The position numbers and the translations under genes are program-made. The notes under the pieces are model-generated. The model was not told where the DNA came from. It was given only the letters and a program-made list of their open reading frames with translations, and searched no databases. A DNA stretch of 64,000 bases from Paraspadella gotoi (Eukaryota; Animalia; Chaetognatha). This document shows, one piece after another, positions 25,534-36,753 of this stretch (its first letter is position 1; every line of letters begins with the position of its first letter). The stretch is from the NCBI GenBank assembly GCA_051294375.1, contig CM119266.1, positions 2,845,812 to 2,909,811 of the forward strand. The letters run 5' to 3'.

Positions 25534-28500
25534 TCAAGCGTCGATCCCATCCTCGGGAGCGTGAAGCGGCTCCCAGTCGGTGAGGTGCGACTCGACTCTC
25601 TGCAGAAGCCGCGTCGCCACCGGACGGAATTCTCTTTCCCATATTGAGCCGAGTATTTCGCGAGTCTCATCGTCCATATCATCCTTGCGGGTGGAGAAGG
25701 GCGAGAAGGGCGAGGAGAAAAATTAAGGATTGAAGTTGTTACCACGACTCATTCTCCTATAATCTCTCACCGAACTGCCGCCGACACCCAGCGCCACCTC
25801 CTCGTCCAGAAATTCCGAGAGTGTGTCGCACAAATCGTCGGCTTCTGGATTACCGAAGCAATCGTAGGCACTGTTGATTTTCTCGCTGAAATTCCAGAAA
25901 ACCTTTCGAACAAAAAAAAAAAGAAATAAAAATATTGAAACATAAGCAGGTGGAAGAGATAAACAGACTTTCCTTACCTGACACACCATGCTGGCCAGTT
26001 GCCAGTCGTTCTGACCAAAGTCGCGCAGGACGTCTATGAGCTTGTGAACGCCGTTTTCGCTCTTAATGATCGGCCTGTTCTCCCGATCGACCATGAGATT
26101 GATCATTATGCCGACTGAGAAAGAGAGAGAAAACTGGCAGTTTCTCTCTTTTAAGAGAAAAATCAGGGGAAAAAAATTACCGGAGGTATAGACCAGTTCT
26201 CTGTTTGGCGAGTCCAGCAGAGATAGGAACCATTTGTCCACGGCGTTGTCCACCATAAATTGACGCACGCGACTGATTTGACTCAGATTCCCGTAGACTC
26301 TACCAGTCTCCAAGATGCATTCCTCATTGGAACTTATGGGTAAAAAGAAAGCTTCCCTGCTAATTAGCTATTCTCAATTTAGTGTGCTATTCGTACCATA
26401 AGTGAGCAGGAAATAAAGGGGACAACGCACTTCTATGCTTTTTTAAACTTATTATGTATTATTATTACACCTATAAGCGAGCGGCCTCAATCCGTTTGCC
26501 AACTTCATGACGCTGCCCGTCGTCACGGCGCGATTCTGACTCTCTTTGTCCTCGACAATGTAATAGCTGAGATTGTTGACGGTAGCGATTGTGTTGAGAA
26601 GGAGTTCGTCAGGCGGATCCGCGTCCTTGACGACCGACTTGGTCTGCAACACGTCGGCCAAGAGTCCCAGCAGGGCGGCGTCCTCGGCCACTCGTGACCC
26701 GATGTCATCATTGATGGAGAGGTTCGCCACAATCCTGAAGGATTAGAAGAAACTCTCCAGACTAAAATTAAAGCTGATCCGACTTGATTTTTTTTCCCCT
26801 CTGCCTCACCTGACTAGTTTGATGAGAACGTTCTCTATTCTACTCGGTTCCATCCTCTCCTCCATTTTCCATCTCTCCATTCTATCCCTCTCCTCCTCCT
26901 TTAAGAGATCCAAGTATTTAGAAAATGTCTCCAACAAAATCCCCATCGGCGTCTCGCCCGCATCACGTCCTCTCCCCGAGTTCCATAGCCTCCCCCTCGC
27001 CTCATCGCACTTTCCCGTCAAGTTTCCCAGGACGAAAAGAACTCTGACGACCAGTTCGGGCTTCTGCGCGTGCTCCTTTAGCACTCCCAAGAGCGTCTCG
27101 AATATTTCGTCGTCATCGTTGCGATCGTCTTCGTCATCGCCGTCGCGCAGTATATGTGCGCAACAGTCGCCGCAAAGCGTCATCTTTGAAAGGATGCGGG
27201 AAATGTTGAGGACGAGTTCCGTGTCGCTTGGGAAAAGTTTGGCGATGAAGACGATGGAACGAAGGGCTCTCGTTTCGATGAGATCTTTCTTTGTTCCCGA
27301 AAGTTCAGCAAGGTTGCGGATCTTCAAAAAACGGTTTCGAGTTTAGTTTCAAGTTTTAAAACAAATATAATTTTGAATCATCCTTTCTCCTCTCCGTCTC
27401 ACCGTTGATGTTAACTGAACCAGCGCGTTGCCGACGACCGCTTTCCTTTGCCCACTCAACTCCTTGCTCTCAACTTTTGCCTCTCGTCGCAACTCGCTCA
27501 AGCTTCGTCCAATGGCGGCGACGGCGCCTTGCCGTGCCATCTCCTTGACAACAATGGCATTGCTAGAAAGGAACTTGAGTGCCCCGCAGGCGTAGACAAG
27601 TCCGTCCTCTGCCTGAGACAGCGGCGTCCCTGTTAGCGTTTCCATAAGGGGCACCAAGAGACCGAAGCTGAGGAAGAGCGCATCGTTCTCTTCTTGCTTC
27701 GAAAGTTTGAAGACGAGACGGCAAGCGTTGCTGATAGAAAGGATAGGGACAAGGGTTAAAGTAAACAAGACAATTTAAGATATGCCCTCTAACACTTCGC
27801 ATTCCACACCTCAGATTGTTACCGCCGACTTTAAATCGCAGAATGATCTTGACGAGAGGGAGAACGACTTTAGGGTCTCCTCCGTCGAGAAGGCGGAAGC
27901 AGACTTTCAGAATCGGCGCCCGGTGTTTGGGTCTCGATCGACGATCGAACATTCCGCTGCGATCGATGTGATCATGGAGTTCGACGACGAGACGACGGCA
28001 CTCCTCGGCGGAGGCGGCGTCTTCGTTGGCGACCGACTTGGCGCGAGCGAGAGCGTCAAGCAGCGGCGAAAGAGTATCTGCCCAGAGTTCGTCGTCGGCC
28101 GCCGGGTCAGCGTCGCGCGGAGAAGTGGGAGATGTGACGGAAAGACTTTGGGCCGAGTTACGATCTGCGATTAAGGTAGATAAAGACGGGAGAAGTAAAT
28201 AAAGGATGGAGAGGGACAATAAATTATGAACATGTGGCGGTATATTCACACCGCCTCACATCCATCATCGTTCAGTCAATCCCATTGGCTCAGAGGGGGA
28301 ACACACCATCCACAGTCCTAACGACTTCCCTCAGCGTTGGCAAAGCCAGACCGTCCTAGGGTAACCGCGCCAGTGACTGGAGGCGTTACTGAGGGTCGGA
28401 AGTCCCCAAAGCCATCAATGAGATGCCCCATCCCGATGGGCATCACAGGCAACCCGACTGTTGCCAAAAACAATTAGTTTTTAGAATATGTTGGTCGAAA

Positions 28501-29427
28501 TATTTACCCTGCGTCGCAGAGAATACCCTCGCATCGACGCCATCGTCCCCAGAGTCCCTCGTCCGCTCTTTGGGTCCGCTCTGAACGCGTCGCGGCTCAG
28601 CTTCTTCCTCTCTATCGTCTCTCGTCGAATTCGTCGTCGCTGCGATCTTCGCCGTCGATGGCAGAACGAGTTCGTTGATGCTGCGCGACTTTTGCCGCTC
28701 GAGGCGCTGCTTAAGCGACCGCTGTCCGCCCGAGGGAGGGCGGGGTGGTGGAAGGCGGTGGCCAGCAGAATCGCCTATTTGCAGCGGCTGAGACGACGGC
28801 GGCCGCGGCGCCATCGGCGGACTCGTCAGCCGCCGACCTTCCGAAAGAATGACGGGTTTGTGGTCGAGTGGGTCTAAAGGGCCACCGGCACCGGGAGAAA
28901 CTCCGGCCGCGCCGGAAGGAGGACGAGACGTGGACGCCTCGAACTCTAAAGTAGAGACGCTGAATGCCGATGGAGGGCGCCCTTCCCTGGCGCTGCTTCG
29001 TCTGAATTAGGTAACGATTAGGTAAAAAAAAAAAGATTTAATTTTTTTCTTCAACAACGATGAAGACTTAGATCTAGGCCGAAACATTTTCCTTTTTAGT
29101 ATTAAATATCATCGTTGTTGAAGAAAAATAAAAATCGGTTTTGTTAATTATCCAAAACACAAGGAAATAAAAAAAGTTTGAGGGTGTGTGCAGATCGTAA
29201 AGAATCTTAAATCGGGTTATCGTTTTCCTCTTCGTTTACCTGAACAACGTTCGGTCCGCCTCCCTCGGCGTAAACGGTCTCGCTGTCTCCACGGTCCGCA
29301 GAGTCCCGCTTCCGGCGCCGATAGAGCTCCTCGCCTCCTGCACGATCTTTCCGCTCGTCTTGACGTGGTCTGGGACCAGATAGAAGGGTCGGGCGGCGTC
29401 GCGCCCGCGTCGGTTGTCGCTAGACAT
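25534..29427 (-). CDS. ARMC2: Armadillo repeat-containing protein 2; about 10 exons
   Basis: N-terminus PFY..KTSGKIVQEARSS..LRTVETARPFTPREADRTLF; NACRLVFKLSKQEENDALF, YACGALKFLS, RVLFVLGNLT, ETGRVYGNLS, GIMINLMVD, DFGQNDWQLASMVCQVFWNFSE; ends ..HLTDWEPL..DA* (stop at 25534-25536). Confidence 0.9.
28233..28468 (+). mobile_element. Solo LTR-like unit (236 bp) with 4-bp TSD in an ARMC2 intron
   Basis: AACA|TGTGGCGG...TTGCCAAA|AACA; 5' half homologous to 60645-60788 (minus), 3' half to 17965-18050. Confidence 0.7.
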
Positions 29428-31310
29428 TTTAGTTTTTATGAATTGAAAGATGATATGAAAGATTTTAATTTTCTCTTCGTCATTTTTGGCTCTTCTATTT
29501 TTGGTACGAGGGCTCTTCTATTTTCCCCCCTCAAAGCTTTATTTCTTTCTTTCCGTAACCGGAGTTCGTGTCGGGGCTTCCAGGTCTCCTTGGCAACGGA
29601 GAGGTAGGTCCTTCTGATTCCAGGAAGCGCCGCCGCCTCCGCCTTCTAATGCGAGTGTCAATTAGCGCCCTCTATTTTTAGTTCCACTGCTCAGTTTCGC
29701 GGATAAACGAAATATTTAAGCGTCTCCGCTAAAAACTTTCGCGTCTCGCTATCGCGCGTTGATCTTTGCGCGACTCTAAGAATCGCCCCGTCTTTTGTTT
29801 TATTCTCGGTTCCTGGAATGTTAGTCGGCTGCGGCCACGTCCCGCCCTCTCGCGGATCGCCGAATGCGGATTACTCAATCCCCGCTGTTGCCGAGACGTC
29901 GCGGCGGAAAATGCCTCCGTCGAAATCATGGCAAAGGCTTGACCGCAATTGGCTGGGCGTCGTAATTTTGACTCTCCGCCGTTGAAAGGAGGATTTGTAA
30001 AGTGTTTAAATTAATTTCGACGCCGCCTCGCTTTTCCTTTCCTTTATTATCCCTCGAAGAGTTTTCGACGGCGTTGTCGGGAACAGCCTCGTTCGCGATT
30101 GGCCTCTTCCTCCTCCTCCTCCGTGCTGCCGACTCGCGGGTGCCGCTCATCCTCCTCAAGAGGCATGAGGCTCCGCCGCCATTTTGGAGGGCGACTCCGT
30201 CTCTCTCTTTCTCGCTAAAATATCTTTCCTCGGCGCCAGGACGCCCTGTTTTCTCTCGACGACCCTTTCCGCGACGCACCTTTCGATCCACAGGTCGATC
30301 TCTGGGAGATGATCGACGCTCGGCATCGATGCATTTTACCTTTTCTTCTTTCTTTCATTCTTATTAAAAAAAGGGACGTGCCTTGATCACGTGATCCTCT
30401 TTCTTCAAAGGATTTCCTCCTCATCCTCTTCTTCCTCCTCCTCCTCCTCTTCCCGAGTAAAAGGGGGCAAAAGAGGCTCAGACACACAACACAACCAGAT
30501 CGTCGTCTCGTCGAGTTTGGGTTCGTCCTTCGTTCTCTCTCTCTCTCTTTTCTCCCTTCCCAGTCGGGCGCCGAATATATGACTCCGTCTCTCTCTTTCG
30601 CGAGTTCTCTTCTCCGTTCGGAAATCGATATGCGCGGGCGCCTCCCTCTCTCTCTCTCTTTTTCCCCTTTCTCCTGGGTCGATCCAGCTGTTAAAGTTCC
30701 GCCGAGATGATTTAAACGGAAAGCAAGGTCGTCCTCCTTTTGTTGCGGTGCATCTGGAGTTGGGGTTTTGACGTCATTTTGCGAGGACAAAAACCCGGTT
30801 GGTCCTGTAGATTTCTGTGTAGTATACTATTTCGTTTGATCTTTTCATTTCAGATAAAATGAGAAATAATAAAATGTATCAAATGATAACGAAACTCTTC
30901 CCTGTCGTCGTCCCTTAATCCCGGAGGAGAATCGCCGTTTTTACCTTCCCCCTCTACCCGTCGCGTCTCCCAGGGGCTTATCTTCCTTCCCCCTTTGTTC
31001 TTCTCCCTCTTCCTTCCCTTTTCTTTTTTAATTTTCTCCCTTTTCTTTTTTTCCTTTATCTTCCTCCTCCTACGGCGCATCCACGCCCACCCGCCCATGG
31101 GGCCAGCCATCGCGGCCGTCGTCTCCACCCTCCCCGCCTCGTATTACCCATCTCGCCCTTCTCGCCCGCCTCGCATGGAGGATCTCCACTCGGTTCACTT
31201 GTTCGACTCCCCCGATCCTTCGCCGACACGGAATGCTCCGAGTGATCCTCGCGCCCCTTCGTCGTCGCCCTCGTCGTTACGGATGTTAGGCGTCGCCGGC
31301 TTCTCTCGAG

Positions 31311-34300
31311 ATGGCTCCCGCGTCCCTCGCTACCCCCTCCGGCCTTTCCATGAAGCTTAACTCTCCGATCAAATCGCCGAAGTCCCCTTCGAAATCTCTT
31401 GTCGTCGTCGCCGCGACGACGACGCCGACAACGACGAAAACGACGACCCCATCTCCAACGTCGATCCGCCTGCTGCCCTCCGCCGGCGGATCCTCTCTCC
31501 GCGCCGTGGTAGACGTAGCCCAGCTGATCGAGCGACAGCGGAGAGCCGACGGCCCGCTTCCCGAGGGCGGCGGGCTCCACATGGAGGGCGCCCCCGCCCT
31601 AGTCGACCCCCCGGCTGCCCCCCTTCTAATGACTCACGGAAAGCCAGCCCCTGGTGGAGGCGGTGACGCTGGCGTCGGCACTGGCTCGACGCCGCCACCG
31701 GAGATTCGCCGCGACGCCGTCAAGACGCATCCTCAGTTGAAAACGTTTTCTGGTCATCGCAAAACGGACAAGGAGACGCTCAATTCGCTCTCGTCGGAAC
31801 CGGGTGATAAACGCAATTCGGATGAGGTCAACCAGTCGACGCCGCCGCCGCCATCTCGACCGGAGGCGCGTCTCGGTCTCGTCCTCCCTGACAGCGCGGC
31901 CGCCGGAGCCGCCGCCGCAACTTCCTCCACCGGCTCCGCCACTTCCCCCCATTCGATCCTCAATAACGTCTGTGATTCAAAAAAGAAAAACGCTACGCCG
32001 CCCACGAATTGCCTTCAGCGGGCGTCTTCGCAGGCCCCCTCTTCACTTTCGAGGCCGTCGATCACGTCGTCGACGCTCGCCCCAGCGTCGACGACCGTCG
32101 AGGCTTTGGAGAAGAAGGCAATTTCGGGGGAGGATGCGGCAGTGGCTGGTCCGCGCAAGCCAACGCTTCACCAAGGTAATTTAGCAGATATAGGAGAGCT
32201 GCCGTTGTGACCCACTCTTAATTTCAACGAACATTTTTAACCTTTAATTATTTCAATTTTTTTTGTTCTCGTTCGCAAACTTATCCGAATTCTTTGTTCC
32301 TTCCGTTCGTTTACGACTTTTATTGTATTGATTTGGGTTAATCCGATCGAGCGAGGACAAATCCTTGTGTTGTAATTAATTGAGTCGTGAGTGATTTCGT
32401 TCGTTCCCAGAAAAATGTAACAAAAAACGAAAACTCTTTTGCGGTTACTATTTTATGTTAAATATTATTTTCATGATATATTGATGATATATTTGATTTA
32501 CTTTTCCACAATTTCGGACAGATTCTGCCTTGGTTCCGTCGTCTCGCGACGCCGGTTGCGTCTTAGACGACCAACTGCGGCGTCACGCCCGCCTCATTCG
32601 TCGCTCTCAACTCGTCCTCCGTCGCGCGCGTCGCCTTCAGGGTCGCCACGCGGATGTCCATGCGCGGGCGGAAGTGGCTCAGCTCGTTAAAGGGTATCGC
32701 TCGCGGTTGGTCTCCACAGGCCCCTTGGAACCGGAAGGTAAGTACTGTATTTTTTTATTTAAAGTAACCTGTGAAGCGAAGATAAATTTTGAGATGTCAT
32801 TATTTTTTACGCTTTTTATTTACTTACGAAGCTCCGGTTGAACCGTCCAACAACGAAGTGACTGTCGACGCCGCCGGGAACGTGTTCTTCCCCTCGGGCG
32901 TTCAGACTTCGCGTGATTTGAAGGCGGAGTTGCTGCAGAACGAGGACGTGAAAAGTCTTTCCACCGCCGCTCTTGTCAATCTCGTTAAACGATTGGAGAA
33001 TGCCCAGCAAAATCACAAAAAAGAAGAGGTTAATTTCTATTTAATAATAGGGTGTGAGGTCATTGTGGATTGCGCATTTCAGGGTCAAAACTAAAATGTG
33101 TTCCTTCTAAACAATCGCAATCATAATAGAGGGAATCGGAAAGGGTTAGAAAAGGAGAGGTGATAACTGATAAGAGAATCCTGACCTTTCAACCAATTCC
33201 GATACAAAGAGCATGTTTGAGGGAATTGTTTGGTGAGGGGAAAAAACGAATTGCCCTAATTAGAAATCTATGAAATTAAATTCAATAGGGGCGGGTCTTG
33301 AAGTCTACTTTCAGGTAAAAAAATTTTTTTTAAAAAGTTCAATTTTAATGCTTTTATTGTTACTATCAAAATTACAATATCACTATATAATGATAAAACA
33401 TTTTTTTAATCAATCTTAACTTTTTTAATGATTTCTTATAGAGCATAAAAAGTTAAATAAAAAATATAACTACAACTTTCAAAAATATTTCTGTTTTCTT
33501 GCTAAAAATTAAGAAAAAGCAATAAAATTATCGAAAGATGATGATGATGATTATTAATAGTTTTTTTATATTTTTCACCCACTTATGATCAAAATATCGA
33601 AAAAAGAATTATACTTTGTGTAGACAACTTTTTGCAAGCTACCCGAATCTGATCTTAAAAATAAAAAAAAATATAAAAAATTTTTTTAGCCTTTCCTCTT
33701 TATAAATAAATATTAAAGGGTTACTTTTACTTTCGCCGACCGGGGTTAGGGTTAAAGGTGGTTTAGGGGTTGTTTAGGGTTAGGGGTGGTTAGGGTTAAA
33801 AGGGTTTAGGGTTAGGGTAATTAGGTAATATTTTTTTAACAATTTTTGTATAAAAATAAGTATTTTTAGGTAATTTTTCAAAGCCGCCAAAACCGCGGTC
33901 GGCGAAAGTAAAATTTAGCCATATTAAAAATTTAATGTATGGAGTGTAGTCGGGCATTGCCTAGGTTCACCCCGCCTATAAGAATGACACCTTCAGTCCT
34001 GACCCGGTGGCTCATTGAGTAAAGCCATCAGCTCATGACCACTAGGTACCGGGATTGAGCCCGGTACCTACCCTGTGGGAAGCGTGAGGACGGCCGTAGC
34101 CGTCTTGGGGCGTGGCAAACCCTCAAGCCTGGTTCAAAGCCCAGGACCCGTTCCATGGCTACTAAAGGGGGTTATAGAAGTTACGGATAGTCTCTTCAGC
34201 CCACTTAGCGCCTTATCCACAGGAGTAATATTACAATTTTTGTCTATTCAAATTTTTTAAAAAATGTCTAAATTTTCGTTTGAGCAGGTGCTTAATTCAA

Positions 34301-36717
34301 ATTTCTAAAGTCGCAATGCAGGATAAAAGCTAAAAGGGAGTTTCAGCCTACTTTTGCATCAATTTATTGATCTCAGAGACAACTCCTTTACCCAATATTA
34401 TCAATTATGCAGCCATTTGGTATTCAGAAGGTTCAGTTACAATGTGAAGGACCGTCATTACCCTGTGAGAAGATTAACAAGGTCCAATCGTTGACAAAAT
34501 AGAAAAAAATATGAAAAAAAGTGTGACAAATTTTTTTACTGTTGTTTTCGAAATTATGGTACTGTCACAAAATGGTTTAAAAAACGCATTTTTAATACAT
34601 ATTCTGTTAGAGCAGACCAAGCCCTTACCTCTACATAATTTTTGCGACAGTTTTGAATCAGGGCTTGTTCATAATCAATTAATATATCCGAAATTTGGAC
34701 TGACAAACAGGTTTCTACTTTTTATCAAATATTTTACTTTTTTGCACTGATGTCTTTGTTATGAGAAAAAAAACGAAAATGGAGGGTAGTAGCGGTAAAC
34801 CTATGTTGTTGTGATCATTCATGATAAATTTGAATAAAAAATATGCACAACTTTGATGATAGGACATTTTTCTTTAATTAAAAAATTGAATTTTCCAGTT
34901 TTTCGAAAATATTATTTTTTGTGTTCATAATTATAATTAAAGAAAACGCGTAAACATTTTGCATTCTAAAAACATCAGATTGGAGGTAATCAATTTGCGC
35001 AAAATCTGATGTTTTTTATTTTTTGATATTTTTATTTTTTATGCAAAAACATAATTATGAATAAGCCTTGGTCAAATCAATTTTTTTTATCATTTTTTCA
35101 TATAAGCCTGACTTTTTTGCTCTGATGTCTTTTCTACAAGAAGACCCACGGATTTGGAGGGTAGTAGCCATAAATCTATATTTTTATGATTATCCATGAT
35201 TAATTTGGAACAAAAATACGTACAACTTTGAAGACAGGCATTTTTTATTTATTAAAATAATTGAATTTTTTAGTTGAAAAAAAGCACAATTTTTTTGTTC
35301 ATAATTAAGAATAAAGAAAACGAGCAAACATTTTGTATTTCTAAAAACATCAGATTGGAAATAATTATTTTGGGCCAAACTGATGTTTTTCATTTTTTTA
35401 AATTTTCATTTTTTATGCAAAAATATAATAATCATGATCATTGGTCAAATCAATTTTTTAAATCTTTTTCTTATACAAGACTGACTTTCTTTAACTGATG
35501 TCTTTCCATTAAACAAGTTGTCGGATCTGCCTACGATAATTAAGTGATAATAAGCGAACTTGGTCAACTTGCAAAATTTAATCAACTTGTATTATTTGGT
35601 CAACTGGCATAATTTGGTCAACTGACATAATTTTGTCAGCTGGCATAATTTAGTCAACTGACAAAATTTGGTCAACTGACATAATTGGTCATGACATAAT
35701 TGGTCAACTGACATAATTTGGTCAACTGACATAATTTGGTCAACTGACTTAATTTGGTCAATCAATCAATCAATCAGAGAGAGATAGAGAGAAACTTTAA
35801 AAAATTTAAATAAATGTGTCTTTTGGTTTTCTAATTTGAACTCTTTTCCACTCCTACGATTCCATCAAAAAATTTATATCCAGCTTTATCACATACTTTC
35901 CTACCCACACACAAAATTCTATTCAATTTATCTATCCAATTTTTAATAAACCTAATAATTATGAGTAAATTTAAGTAAAAATACTTCAAGTAAATATGAC
36001 TTTTGTTTTTTCCATTTTAACTCATTTCCACTCGCATGATTCCATCGAAACTTTATATCCAACTCAATCACACACTTTCCTACCATCATACAAACTTTCA
36101 AGTAAATTGCCCTATCCACTCATGAGCAATTGGCGTTCAAATAGTGAAATAGATTTTTTCGTTTTTTCCATTTAAACCAATTTTCACTCGCAAGATTCCA
36201 TCGAAACTTTATATCCATCTCAATCACACAGTTTCCTACCCACACACAAAATTTCATACCAATCCATCCATCCAATCACGAGTAATTGTGTGTTTTTGCT
36301 AAGGCGGGACGGACGGACGGACATCGTTTTTTTTTACATAATTTATCATAATTCGATGTTCTGACATGATATAAGTGAGTGCCCGACAATATTGAGGGGG
36401 CGGACCGACAAAGTGAATTATAGAGTCGGGATCTTCTGAAAGCAGATCCGACTAATAATTGTTAATAAGATGAACATTATAAATGTGTGTAGTCGGGTAT
36501 TGCCTAGGTTCACCCCGCCTAGAATCATGACACTTTTTTCAGTTGTGACCCGGTGGCTCATTGAGTAAAGCCATCAGCTCATGACCACTAGGTACCGGGT
36601 TCAATCCCAACCCGGTACCTACCCTGCGGGAAGCGTGAGGACGGCCGTAAGCCGCCTTGTGGGCATGGCAAACCCTCAAACCCTCAAGAAAGAGAGAGAT
36701 AATAAAAAGACACAAAC

Positions 36718-36753
<36 letters not shown>

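Noticed and set aside
29729-30790. ORFs between ARMC2 and KANSL1, and similar ones at 45472-46182
   Set aside because: CT/GA-rich promoter and 5' leader sequence; translations are compositionally biased.
33742-33820. True telomere or chromosome fusion site
   Set aside because: Degenerate, short and enclosed by TIRs and a TSD.
34001-34075. tRNA-Met gene (CAT in loop)
   Set aside because: Anticodon and acceptor stems do not pair, and it is embedded in a TSD-flanked repeat; treated as tRNA-derived.
35560-35760. Short repeats as a CRISPR array
   Set aside because: Head-to-tail minisatellite with no unique spacers, inside a eukaryotic transposon; no cas genes.
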